Virus record (IMG/VR): IMGVR_UViG_3300045006_000427
Coordinates: 1 to 53,239 of that record
Origin: a virus
Lineage: Duplodnaviria > Caudoviricetes
Reading direction: 5' to 3' (one strand)
DNA: 53,239 nucleotides
How positions within the stretch are numbered: the first letter of the stretch is position 1; every line of letters begins with the position of its first letter. Of the stretch, positions 30,939-40,262 are shown piece after piece. A program made the position numbers and the translations under genes. The notes below the pieces were generated by a model, which saw only the letters and a list, made by a program, of their open reading frames with translations, searched no databases and was not told the DNA's origin.

Positions 30939-32549
30939 ATGTCTAGAGGTCTAACCGTCACCCGAGATGAGGCAGCCCGCGAGATATTGCAGTGTGGTCG
31001 AGATCCTAATTATTTTACTTATAATTATGCTAAAATATCACATCCTATTCGTGGACTGATTCCGTTTCATACTTATCCATTCCAAGCCGGATTGCTTCAA
31101 GATTATAATAATTATCGTTTTAATGTGGTGTTGAAAGCCAGGCAACTTGGAGTTACTTGGACAACGGCGGCTTATGCAGCTTGGCTTATTCAGTATTATA
31201 AAGAAAAATCTGTGTTGGCAGTGGCTACCAAACTGGAGGTTGCTGCTGGTTTTGTTCGTAAAGTTAAGACCATTATTAAGCATTTGCCTTCCTGGGTTCG
31301 TATAGCACGTATTACTGTTGATAACCGGACCTCTTTTGAGCTTTCTAATGGCTCGTTAATCAAGGCTGTTGCGACATCCGGAGATACTGGACGATCTGAA
31401 GCTCTGTCGCTTTTGGTAGTTGATGAGGCTGCCTTTGTGGAGGGTCTAGAGGAACTATGGTCAGGTTTGTATAGTACGTTATCAACAGGTGGTAGATGTA
31501 TTATGATTTCTACGCCTAGTGGTGTTGGAACATTTTATCACAAAACCTATACAAACGCAGAAGCAGGACAAAACGATTTTCATCCCATTAAGTTGCTCTG
31601 GGATATTCATCCAGAACGAGATCAAGCTTGGTTTAATCAAGAAACCAAGAATATGTCGCCGAGACAAGTTGCACAGGAGCTTATGTGTAGCTTTAGTATG
31701 TCCGGAGAGACTGTTATTGATCCTGTTGACATTTTGCGAATGAGAGAAGGTACCAAAGATCCTAAATTTCGTATTGGATTTGATAGGAATTTATGGATCT
31801 GGGAAGAGCCTATAATAGGGGAAAAATATCTTTTTTGTGCCGACGTGGCAAGGGGCGATGGTAAGGATTACACAGCGGGTCACATGGCAAAGCTCAAAGA
31901 TATGACTATTGTTGCAGAATATCAAGGAAAACCCGATCTTGATGTTTTTGCTGAATTTATTAACACTCTTGGCAAAGAATATAACAATGCAATGCTGGCT
32001 CTAGAGATCAATAACATGGGCTATCATGTAGCAAAAAAATTATTAGAATTTAAATATCCCGTTCTTTTTTATGCTGCCAAAGGTTCTACTTTGAAATATA
32101 TAGATCCGCTTATGGTAGAATATCAAGAAGACTGGCTTCCTGGGTTTACAACCTCTGTGAAGACCAGACCGCTAATTATAGCTAAACTTGAAGAAATGAT
32201 TAGACATCGGACTGTGACTAGTTATTCAAAGAGGTTGGTATCGGAGTTGGATACATTTGTGTGGAACAATGGAAGACCAGAGAGCTTGGCTCATTATAAT
32301 GATGATCTTGTCATGTCTCTTGCTGTTCTTTGCTGGATTAGAGACGAAGTGATCGTAGAGGCTTCCAGAGTGGCAGAATACAACAAGGCATTTATAAATG
32401 CGATAATAAAGAGTACCAATGTTCTAGATACGAGGGTGTCGGGCATGCTAGGTCACAAGCAAGATAAAGCTTATTGGCAGAATCATTTTCAGGAAAGAAT
32501 TGAAAATGAACTAGGTTCGACACTGCCAGTTTGGGGATACAGAAAGTAG
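30939..32549 (+). CDS. terL: Terminase large subunit (T4 gp17-like)
   Basis: 'YPFQ' Q-motif, Walker A 'KARQLGVT', Walker B 'LLVVDEAAF', motif C 'ISTPSG', nuclease 'ADVARGDGKDY' and 'DDLVMSLA'. Confidence 0.95.
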   Translation: MSRGLTVTRDEAAREILQCGRDPNYFTYNYAKISHPIRGLIPFHTYPFQAGLLQDYNNYRFNVVLKARQLGVTWTTAAYAAWLIQYYKEKSVLAVATKLEVAAGFVRKVKTIIKHLPSWVRIARITVDNRTSFELSNGSLIKAVATSGDTGRSEALSLLVVDEAAFVEGLEELWSGLYSTLSTGGRCIMISTPSGVGTFYHKTYTNAEAGQNDFHPIKLLWDIHPERDQAWFNQETKNMSPRQVAQELMCSFSMSGETVIDPVDILRMREGTKDPKFRIGFDRNLWIWEEPIIGEKYLFCADVARGDGKDYTAGHMAKLKDMTIVAEYQGKPDLDVFAEFINTLGKEYNNAMLALEINNMGYHVAKKLLEFKYPVLFYAAKGSTLKYIDPLMVEYQEDWLPGFTTSVKTRPLIIAKLEEMIRHRTVTSYSKRLVSELDTFVWNNGRPESLAHYNDDLVMSLAVLCWIRDEVIVEASRVAEYNKAFINAIIKSTNVLDTRVSGMLGHKQDKAYWQNHFQERIENELGSTLPVWGYRK

Positions 32550-32564
32550 AGGTAAATAAAGAGC

Positions 32565-34508
32565 ATGGCTTCACCAATTAGAAATCCAAAAAATCCAGAA
32601 TCTACACTCTTTGGAGCATTGACAAGATTATTTTCTGGTCCCCTGGCAGATTATCGAAGACAAACATATCAGCAACTTAAGCGAAGACAATTAGATAAAT
32701 ATAAATTTACTTCTGCTTCTGGTAAGGCATTTAAGCGTTCGGATTATTCACCGTTAGAACACCTTCAGAGCCACTATCTTGCTAATCAAAACAGAGCGCA
32801 AAGATATGTTGATTTTGAACAAATGGAATATGAGGTTTATCTTTCTGCCGCACTAGATCTGGTGGCGGATGAAGTAACAACGTGCAACAGTCTTCAGCCC
32901 TTGCTTAATATTAAATGTGTGAACGAAGAAATAAAGACGGTGCTTAGAACACTTTTTTATGATCTTCTTAATATTGAAGCCAATCTGTTTGGTTGGACCA
33001 GGAACCTATTAAAATTTGGTGATATGTTTCTTTATTTAGATGTGGATGAAAAACGCGGTATACAGAGTGTTATTGGTCTTCCTTCGCAAGAGGTAGAAAG
33101 GCTGGAGGGTGAAGATAGAACGAATCCTAATTATGTTCAGTTCCAGTGGAATACTGGCGGAATCACGTTTGAGAACTGGCAAATAGCACATTTTAGATTG
33201 CTGGGACAGGATCGCTATGCTCCCTATGGACAAAGCTTTTTAGATCCGGCGCGAAGAATCTGGAGACAGCTTTCTTTAATGGAAGATGCGATGATTGCGT
33301 ATCGTCTTGTGCGCGCTCCAGAACGAAGAGTTTTTTATATCGATGTTGGTGGTATTAATCCTAATGATGTAGAAGAATATATGCAGCGTGTTATGACCAC
33401 CATGAAACGTACTTCCATTGTTGATCCAGATACAGGACGTATTGATTTGAGATATTCGCCTCACAGCATTGAAGAAGATTATTTTCTTCCTGTGCGCGGT
33501 GGTGCTAGTGCCAGCAAAATTGATACTTTGAGCGGCGGCAAATATGTAGAAGCTACAGAAGATGTAAAATATCTGCGCGATAAGATGGTTACAGCTATTA
33601 AGATTCCTCCTGCCTATCTTGTTCGTTCTGAAGGAGGCGGCGAGGAGGATAAGACCACTCTGGCTCAGAAGGATATTTTTCATGCTCGAACGGTTCAGCG
33701 TATTCAACGAGCAGTGGTTGCGGAGCTAACAAAAATAGCTATTGTTCATTTATATACTTTGGGTTTTAAGAAGACTGATCTTCTTAGTTTCGAGCTTCTT
33801 CTTAATAATCCTAGTAAGCTGGCTGAACTTCAGGAATTAGAGTACTGGCGTACTAAGTTTTCAGTAGCTACTAGTATTCCCGAAGGCATGTTTAGCAAAC
33901 GCTGGTTAGCTGTTAATCTTTTTGGCATGAGCGAAGAAGATTTTCAGAGAAATCAGCGGGAGATTTTTGTGGATAAGAAGCTGGAAGCTGAATGGGAAGT
34001 TATTGCTGGTACGGCTGAAGCTAGGGCTGAAGCCATGGTTACTGCTGCTGGTCGTGGAGGCATTACGGACGAGATGAGCGGGCTTGCTGGTGAAACAGAA
34101 GAAGAAGCTGCACCAGAAGCGGGTGAATCTGCGTCCGAACCAGAAGAGGGTGAATCTGCTCTTCTTGCTGCTCCTGCCAAACGCAAGGACGGCTATGTAA
34201 CGCCGGGCGCAAAAGGAAAAGTTTATGTTCCTGTTTCTTCAGATCGGCGTCCTATGGGTGCGCGTTTGCGGCATTATAAGGGACAGTGGGCTAGTGAGGT
34301 AGGTAGTTCTACTGCACGCAATGTTGTCAAAGGTCGTGAAGAATTATCTACTTTGGCAAGAGGTATAGCCGAAGAAGAAGAAAAGATACTGAATGTATCC
34401 CGAGAAACTTCTAGACTTTTAGAAAGCCTAGACAGGGGCCTAAGAGAGGAAATTCCTACGGTTCCACCGGAAAACCAGCAGGAGGAGAGCAAAAAGGATG
34501 AAAACTAA
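32565..34508 (+). CDS. Portal protein (T4 gp20-like)
   Basis: 'MEDAMIAYRLVRAPERRVFYIDVG', 'EEDYFLPVRG', 'IDTLSGG' are gp20 hallmarks. Confidence 0.95.
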   Translation: MASPIRNPKNPESTLFGALTRLFSGPLADYRRQTYQQLKRRQLDKYKFTSASGKAFKRSDYSPLEHLQSHYLANQNRAQRYVDFEQMEYEVYLSAALDLVADEVTTCNSLQPLLNIKCVNEEIKTVLRTLFYDLLNIEANLFGWTRNLLKFGDMFLYLDVDEKRGIQSVIGLPSQEVERLEGEDRTNPNYVQFQWNTGGITFENWQIAHFRLLGQDRYAPYGQSFLDPARRIWRQLSLMEDAMIAYRLVRAPERRVFYIDVGGINPNDVEEYMQRVMTTMKRTSIVDPDTGRIDLRYSPHSIEEDYFLPVRGGASASKIDTLSGGKYVEATEDVKYLRDKMVTAIKIPPAYLVRSEGGGEEDKTTLAQKDIFHARTVQRIQRAVVAELTKIAIVHLYTLGFKKTDLLSFELLLNNPSKLAELQELEYWRTKFSVATSIPEGMFSKRWLAVNLFGMSEEDFQRNQREIFVDKKLEAEWEVIAGTAEARAEAMVTAAGRGGITDEMSGLAGETEEEAAPEAGESASEPEEGESALLAAPAKRKDGYVTPGAKGKVYVPVSSDRRPMGARLRHYKGQWASEVGSSTARNVVKGREELSTLARGIAEEEEKILNVSRETSRLLESLDRGLREEIPTVPPENQQEESKKDEN

Positions 34509-35334
34509 ATTTATTCACAACAAGAAAAGAAATACAGGATTTTTGTTTGAAGTACTTGTGCGGGGAATAACACAGGCATCGCTGGATAAAAATGGAGATC
34601 TTGTTGCTGCGCTCAAAGATACGGTTCAAGAAAGCTTTGCTTTTGGTACGGAGCTTGGTAAAGAGCTTAAGCTTTATCGTGCCTTGCTTAGACAGAAAGA
34701 CCTATCATCAAGGTTTGCCGAAAGATTACTTAAGGAAACGCTCGCTATGCGTAAAAATATTAATGAAAGGAAGCTCTTTGGTGAACAAAGTCAGCTTGTT
34801 AATAGGTTATCTTCATTATTGGGAAGAAGAGCTTTCTTTGTGTATGTACCTGAATATAAATCTTTAGCGACTATAGCACAACTGTTTCATGAGAAAACCG
34901 ATCCAGAACAGAGAATTGTTTTGGAAGAAGTTATACTTAGCAGCATGAAAAAGAAGCTTCAAGAGACGAAGCAAAAACATGAAAGATCTTTAGACGGCCT
35001 AGAATATAAGCTTTTCGTGGAAAGATTCAACGAGGCATATGATAAATCGTTAATGCCGGAACAGAAAAAACTGTTAAACGAATTTATTCTTTCTTCTGAA
35101 ATGAACGGAGCGGGACTAAAGCTTTTTTTGAATGAAGAGCTTGGAAGACTCAAAACTGAGCTTGTTAAAGCCACGATGCGACAAGATATAAAAAACAATG
35201 CCGTTGTCTCTGAAAACCTGAAAAAAGTTCAGGAACTTTTGGCATCTTATGTTAAAATGCCCATATCCGAGAACATGATCAAGCAAGTGCTTCAGGTTCA
35301 AGAGCTTGTTCGGGAGATAGAAAAAAATGATTAA
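34498..35334 (+). CDS. Hypothetical helical protein downstream of portal (possible prohead core component)
   Basis: 278 aa; 'HNKKRNTGFLFE' N-terminus; position between portal and protease. Confidence 0.5.
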   Translation: MKTKFIHNKKRNTGFLFEVLVRGITQASLDKNGDLVAALKDTVQESFAFGTELGKELKLYRALLRQKDLSSRFAERLLKETLAMRKNINERKLFGEQSQLVNRLSSLLGRRAFFVYVPEYKSLATIAQLFHEKTDPEQRIVLEEVILSSMKKKLQETKQKHERSLDGLEYKLFVERFNEAYDKSLMPEQKKLLNEFILSSEMNGAGLKLFLNEELGRLKTELVKATMRQDIKNNAVVSENLKKVQELLASYVKMPISENMIKQVLQVQELVREIEKND

Positions 35335-35887
35335 AGTTAAAATAGGGGATGCTGTCAAAAAATCAGTACTGGCTTCTGACGAGCCTAAGCTGACTATGAA
35401 GCTCAATGCCAGGACCATGATAGATGGTAGCATATTTATTCATGATCATCCGGAAATAGATATTGTGCTTAAACCTTCCGAGATGAAGGTGATTACGTGG
35501 CCTAAGAGCGAGTTTGGCGATCATATATATGATGCGCAAAACAGACTTTTTGCATATTTTATTAAGAAAGGGCTTATCTATCCAGAAATGGTCAAGGGTG
35601 GCAACGTGCATGCAGTCTTAGAGACGGTTTATCCAGAATCTCAAATAGGTGGAAAAGCTAGCGATATTATGCTTTTTGCTATAGCGAAGTTCTTAGAAGA
35701 GGAAAAGCCGGTGTTTGAGTATATGCAGGCCATAGAGGACCAAGAAGAAGAGCGATTATTGGAACCAGATCAAGAGCATTCGACAGAACTAGGGGAAGTA
35801 CCACAAGCGGAGGTCAAAGGGACGCTGCCAACGGGTAAATTGCGTCGTTATCCGATTGGTTCTGTTGCGGGAAGTAATTGGGGATAA
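35327..35887 (+). CDS. Hypothetical protein
   Basis: 186 aa; GGGAG SD; overlaps the upstream stop; acidic C-terminal part. Confidence 0.5.
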   Translation: MIKVKIGDAVKKSVLASDEPKLTMKLNARTMIDGSIFIHDHPEIDIVLKPSEMKVITWPKSEFGDHIYDAQNRLFAYFIKKGLIYPEMVKGGNVHAVLETVYPESQIGGKASDIMLFAIAKFLEEEKPVFEYMQAIEDQEEERLLEPDQEHSTELGEVPQAEVKGTLPTGKLRRYPIGSVAGSNWG

Positions 35888-35891
35888 AGCA

Positions 35892-37217
35892 GTGCAAAAA
35901 TTAAGTCAACATCTTTGGGAGGCTTTCCTTTTGCAGGAATCAGCAAAAGGTTTGGCTGATATTCTAGACTGGGAAAAAAGAAATCCAGGGCAAGAAGTAA
36001 CGATTCATCTTTGGGCGACAACAGGACAAGGAGGGCATCTGACGGGCTACATAATAGAGTATTATATTAATGATAAAGGCACTGGTTACAGACTACCAGA
36101 TAATTATCGTGCAAAAATACCAAAACGCCTGAAAGATGACCCGGTGGGCGTAGTGAACATAGAGAGTTCAAGTCGCGGAACAGGGCCTTGCCTAGGCGCT
36201 ATGGAGGTGGTCTTTGCTCAGGCTAATCATGGTTGGGGGCCTTTGCTTTATGATGTGGCTCTAGAATTTGCTACTAAGTATGCTGGTGGATTAATGTCGG
36301 ACAGAACCAGCGTTACGAAGTATGCAAAGAAAATATGGAATTATTATGCCGATAACAGATCGGATGTTAAAAAGCAACAGCTTGATACGTTGTATACCCC
36401 GCCAGAAAAACTGACACCCAAAAATCCAAAGGATGATTGTCGTATAGATATTGCCATGAAGGATGTTGGACAGAAAGATCCTAAATCTGATGCCTGGGTG
36501 CAGAGTAACTTATCTAAGGTGTTTAAATCTAATGGAACGCCTACTATTAATGCTCTAAAAAAAGCTGGTAAATATTTTGTTCGCGGCCTGCTACAAAAAA
36601 TACAGGAAGAACTAAAAAAAGGAGCTAAAGAGATAACAAGAGAAGAAATCATCGCTGCTGTCCGTGCTGGCAAGAGCTTGGCAGGAGCAGATCTCCAGGA
36701 AGCAGACTTTCGGAAGGCATATCTTCAAGAAGCGAATTTCCAAAAAGCGAATCTTCAGAGGGCTAACTTCTGGAGTGCAGCGCTTCAGCGGGTAAATTTT
36801 CGGGAAGCAAATCTTCAGGAAACAGACTTTCGGAGGGCACAACTTTTAAAAGCAGATCTCCACGAAGCTGATCTTCGAAAAGCGGACCTTCGAAAAGCGA
36901 GTCTTGTGAAAGCGAATCTCCACGAAGCCGATCTTCGAGGAGCGAATATATTTTATATGGATGCTAAGGGTGCTAAAACCACAGGCATCAAGCTTTCCTG
37001 GGTTCCTAAGAAAGGAGATTCGATTAAGACGTATGCAAAATTAGACGGAATGGTTCTCGGCATTCTCCTGGAAGATCCAGATCCAGATCGTATGTTTGAT
37101 CCTGTCTCTGTTCGGCTGCGTGACAAGGAAATTAAGATCAGCATCACCGACATGAAGCCAGCCAGCAGGCTAGAAGAGATCATCCAGGAAGAGCTAAAAA
37201 AGGAACTAGGGAGGTAG
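35892..37217 (+). CDS. GNAT-like domain fused to pentapeptide-repeat/SH3-like cassette (copy 1, 19 repeats)
   Basis: GTG 35892 aligns with the start of paralogue 48365 (VQKL..W..FLLQESAK). 'GWGPLLYDVALE' resembles GNAT motif A. Cassette begins at about 36633 (ITREEIIAAVRAGKSL). Confidence 0.7.
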   Translation: MQKLSQHLWEAFLLQESAKGLADILDWEKRNPGQEVTIHLWATTGQGGHLTGYIIEYYINDKGTGYRLPDNYRAKIPKRLKDDPVGVVNIESSSRGTGPCLGAMEVVFAQANHGWGPLLYDVALEFATKYAGGLMSDRTSVTKYAKKIWNYYADNRSDVKKQQLDTLYTPPEKLTPKNPKDDCRIDIAMKDVGQKDPKSDAWVQSNLSKVFKSNGTPTINALKKAGKYFVRGLLQKIQEELKKGAKEITREEIIAAVRAGKSLAGADLQEADFRKAYLQEANFQKANLQRANFWSAALQRVNFREANLQETDFRRAQLLKADLHEADLRKADLRKASLVKANLHEADLRGANIFYMDAKGAKTTGIKLSWVPKKGDSIKTYAKLDGMVLGILLEDPDPDRMFDPVSVRLRDKEIKISITDMKPASRLEEIIQEELKKELGR

Positions 37218-37218
37218 T

Positions 37219-37599
37219 ATGTTTGCCTTTGTTCTTTTTGTTCTTGCGTGTTACGGCATAACACAAATATTAGTTTATGGTAAGATCTTTGAGGGATTGA
37301 GAACTTCTGTTCCCAAAAAGTTAAGTTTCGGAAGATACAGAGAAAAAATACATAAAGTATTAAAATATTATGTTCACTGTACCATGTGTATAGGCTTCTT
37401 GGTTGGTATCTTTGTTTTTTGTTCAATGCAGGGTACGAAACTATTTACTGTAGAGCTATCGTTAGCTAATGTTTTTATGTTTGCCGCGATAAGCTCAGGA
37501 ACTTCTTATTTTCTTTGTCAACTTGTGGATGATAAAGGGATAAGATTTAGTTGTTCTTCCGAGAGGAAGACGAGCGAGGTAAGGAATGAGGAAGACTAA
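37219..37599 (+). CDS. Small membrane protein (DUF1360-like)
   Basis: Three hydrophobic segments; 'CTMCIGFLVG' CxxCxGF motif; GGAGG SD. Confidence 0.55.
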   Translation: MFAFVLFVLACYGITQILVYGKIFEGLRTSVPKKLSFGRYREKIHKVLKYYVHCTMCIGFLVGIFVFCSMQGTKLFTVELSLANVFMFAAISSGTSYFLCQLVDDKGIRFSCSSERKTSEVRNEED

Positions 37600-37678
37600 C
37601 TTTCTGTATGTATCTGGGCGCTGGATGCTACGTCCCGTTGCTCGTTGTTGTAAAGGAAGCGAGCGCGCGCGTGGGTGA
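37586..37678 (+). CDS. 30-aa basic peptide with CC motif (not in ORF track)
   Basis: MRKTNFLYVSGRWMLRPVARCCKGSERARG*; preceded by GAGGT/AAGG; fills the gap before cassette 2. Confidence 0.4.
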   Translation: MRKTNFLYVSGRWMLRPVARCCKGSERARG

Positions 37679-37697
37679 GCCACGCAGGAGAAACGTC

Positions 37698-38111
37698 ATG
37701 ACAAGAAAAGAAATCATCGCTGCTGTTCATGCTGGCAAGAGCCTGGTGCAAGCAGATCTCCGAGGAGCAAACCTCCAAGATATAGATTTTCAGAATGCAG
37801 ATCTTAGTATGGCTAGTCTTCAGAGAGTAGATCTTCGAGGAGCAAATACATTTATTATGCGCGCCTCTGGCGCTAGGACTACTGATATCGAGCTTTCCTG
37901 GATTCCAAAAAAAGGAGATCTGGTCAAGTTGTATGCGATAGATGATATTGGCGGCATCCTCCTAGAGGATCCAGATCTAGATTATATATTTGATCCTGTC
38001 TCTGTGCAAACGTGTGATAAAATAAAAAAATTCAGCATTACTTATATGAAACCAGCTAGCTGGTTGAGCTTGGCTGAACAGAAAAAGCTAAGAAAAGAGC
38101 TAAAGAGATGA
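37698..38111 (+). CDS. Pentapeptide-repeat/SH3-like cassette copy 2 (8 repeats, most diverged)
   Basis: AGGAG SD then MTRKEIIAAVHAGKSL; A(D/N)Lxx repeats; WIPKKGDLV..GILLEDPD..MKPAS. Confidence 0.85.
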   Translation: MTRKEIIAAVHAGKSLVQADLRGANLQDIDFQNADLSMASLQRVDLRGANTFIMRASGARTTDIELSWIPKKGDLVKLYAIDDIGGILLEDPDLDYIFDPVSVQTCDKIKKFSITYMKPASWLSLAEQKKLRKELKR

Positions 38112-38641
38112 CAAGAGAAGAAATTATCGCTGCTGTCCAGGTTGGCAAGAGCCTGGCGAGAGCAGATCTTCGAGGAGCAAACCTTCAGGGAGCAAACCTC
38201 CTGGAAGCAAACCTCCAAGAAGCAAATCTCCAGGGAGCGAGCCTCTGGGAAGCAGATCTCTATGGAGCAAACCTCCGGAGAGCAAGCCTCCAGAGAGCAA
38301 ACCTTCAGAGAGCAGATCTCCAGGGAGCAGATCTTCGGAGAGCCAACTTTCAGGAAGCAGATCTGTTTCTTATGTCTGCCTATAAAGCCAAGACCACAGG
38401 CATCAAGCTCTCTTGGGTTCCCAAGAAGGGAGATCTGGTCAGGGTGTATCCAGATTATCCAAGGTCGAGGTCGAGTGTTCTCGGCATCCTTCTAGAAGAT
38501 CCAGATCCAGATTATATATTTGATCCTGTCTCTGTTCGGATCCGCGATGAAGAAACTAAGCTCAGCATCACCCATATGAAGCCAGCCAGCAGGCTAGAAG
38601 AAGTTATTCAAGAGGAACTAAAAAGGGAGCTAAAGAGATGA
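38108..38641 (+). CDS. Pentapeptide-repeat/SH3-like cassette copy 3 (15 repeats)
   Basis: Same architecture; ATGA-coupled to copies 2 and 4. Confidence 0.9.
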   Translation: MTREEIIAAVQVGKSLARADLRGANLQGANLLEANLQEANLQGASLWEADLYGANLRRASLQRANLQRADLQGADLRRANFQEADLFLMSAYKAKTTGIKLSWVPKKGDLVRVYPDYPRSRSSVLGILLEDPDPDYIFDPVSVRIRDEETKLSITHMKPASRLEEVIQEELKRELKR

Positions 38642-39144
38642 CAAGAGAAGAAATTATTGCCGCTATCCGGGCTGGCAAGAGCTTTCTGAAGGTAAATCTT
38701 CAGAGAATTAATCTTCAAGGAGCCGACCTTCGGGGAATAAACTTTCGGGCAGCCAATCTTCAAGGAGCCGATCTTCAGGGAGCAAACCTGCAAGAGGCGA
38801 ATCTTCTAGGAACGAATCTTCGAGAAGCAGATCTTCGGGGAGCAGACCTTCGGGGAGCTAATTTGCTTTTTATGTATGCTGAAGGTGCTAAGACCGCAGG
38901 TATTAGGCTTTCCTGGATTCCCAAAAAAGGAGATCTGGTTAAAATACAGTTCACTGTTGGAGGCGGCATAACAAAAGATGTTCCTGGCGTTCTTTTGGGC
39001 GATCCAAATCCAGATTACATATTTGATTCTATTCCCGTTCAAATACAGGGCAGAACAATACGTTATGGTATTGGTCGTATGAAGCCAGCCAGCAGGCTAG
39101 ATAAGATCATTCAAGAAGAGCTAAAAAAGGAGCTAAAGAGATGA
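38638..39144 (+). CDS. Pentapeptide-repeat/SH3-like cassette copy 4 (13 repeats)
   Basis: Same architecture with divergent SH3-like loops. Confidence 0.9.
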   Translation: MTREEIIAAIRAGKSFLKVNLQRINLQGADLRGINFRAANLQGADLQGANLQEANLLGTNLREADLRGADLRGANLLFMYAEGAKTAGIRLSWIPKKGDLVKIQFTVGGGITKDVPGVLLGDPNPDYIFDSIPVQIQGRTIRYGIGRMKPASRLDKIIQEELKKELKR

Positions 39145-39644
39145 CAAGAGAAGAAATTATCGCTGCTGTTCGTGTTGGCAAGAGTCTAGTGGGGGCAGAT
39201 CTTCGGAGAGCAGATCTCCGTGGAGCGAACTTTCAAGAAGTAGATCTCTATAGAGCAAACCTTGAAGGAGCAAGCCTCCAGGGAGCAGATCTCCGGAGAG
39301 CAAACCTCTCGGGAGCAAACCTTCAGGGAGCAGATTTTCAGGAAGCAGATCTGTTTTTTGTGTCTGCTCAGAAAGCTAAGACCACTGGTATCAAGCTTTC
39401 TTGGTTTCCCAAAAAGGGAGATCTGGTCAAGGCATATTCAGATTATCCAAGAGCAAGGAAGAATACCCTTGGCATCCTCCTAGAAGATCCAAACCCAGAT
39501 CATATATTTGATCCTGTTTCTGTTCGGATCCGCGATGAACAAATCAAGCTCAGCATCACTTGTATGAAGCCAGCCAGCAGGCTAGAAGAGATCATTCAAG
39601 AAGAGCTAAAAAGAGAGCTAAAAACACGAGGAATCAAAAAATGA
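39141..39644 (+). CDS. Pentapeptide-repeat/SH3-like cassette copy 5 (12 repeats)
   Basis: Same architecture; ATGA-coupled to the MNLKQLIQEE gene. Confidence 0.9.
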   Translation: MTREEIIAAVRVGKSLVGADLRRADLRGANFQEVDLYRANLEGASLQGADLRRANLSGANLQGADFQEADLFFVSAQKAKTTGIKLSWFPKKGDLVKAYSDYPRARKNTLGILLEDPNPDHIFDPVSVRIRDEQIKLSITCMKPASRLEEIIQEELKRELKTRGIKK

Positions 39645-39979
39645 ACCTAAAGCAGCTAATTCAGGAAGAAACAGAAGCAGTCTTTGCAGAGGCGGAAAAA
39701 GAGAGCAAAGGGAAAGAAGAGACCGAAACAGAGAAGAAAGCCAAAGAGCATCAAAAGCTTCGTATCTTCTACAATTATCTTAATATTTTGGAAAAAGGCA
39801 TTGAGCGAGCCAAAGAAGAGCGCATGAGCAAAGAAGCAAAACTAAGACTTGTTCGTGATATGAAAGCTGCACATGAATGGATAGGGGATAACTATCCTGA
39901 GTATGTGCCACACAAGGAGTGTATTAAATATCGTATGCGCTTGGGGAAAAAAGGAGGCAGACCTACAGAGGATGTTTAA
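39641..39979 (+). CDS. Small helical protein with N-terminal MNLKQLIQEE motif
   Basis: Start reassigned to ATG 39641 (GAGG SD, ATGA overlap, motif shared with 41956 and 43179). Confidence 0.65.
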   Translation: MNLKQLIQEETEAVFAEAEKESKGKEETETEKKAKEHQKLRIFYNYLNILEKGIERAKEERMSKEAKLRLVRDMKAAHEWIGDNYPEYVPHKECIKYRMRLGKKGGRPTEDV

Positions 39980-40262
39980 TATCAGAAACACAAAATTTTT
40001 AAGAGCTATTGAAGATCTAAAAGATGCCCGGCAACAGAGGGCTTCTTCTGAACAAACGCGAATCATGCTAAACAAGATGCACAGCAGGCTTCGTTCTTTT
40101 ATTGGCAGAAAGATTCTATGGCAAGCAACTAATGGTAAATGGTTGCCTTCTGTAATTGCTAATGTATTGCCGATCATAGAAAAAGGAAAAATAAGACTGG
40201 CTATTCAGTTAAAATCTCAATGGAATGGTATTTGGATATCGGAGGATAGGATAGAGCTATGA
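39972..40262 (+). CDS. Small basic protein with possible C-terminal SH3-like barrel
   Basis: AAGGAGG upstream of ATG 39972; 'IGRKILWQATNGKWLPSVI...IWISEDRIEL'. Confidence 0.45.
   Translation: MFNIRNTKFLRAIEDLKDARQQRASSEQTRIMLNKMHSRLRSFIGRKILWQATNGKWLPSVIANVLPIIEKGKIRLAIQLKSQWNGIWISEDRIEL

Noticed and set aside
30939-32549. Intein or intron in terminase (also checked primase and MCP)
   Set aside because: Lengths are ordinary, motifs are contiguous, and no intein or homing-endonuclease motifs were seen.
37698-39644. CRISPR array or classical integron
   Set aside because: The repeats are whole coding paralogues and 15-bp coding units, not constant repeats with unique spacers. No cas gene, integrase or attC-like palindromes were seen.
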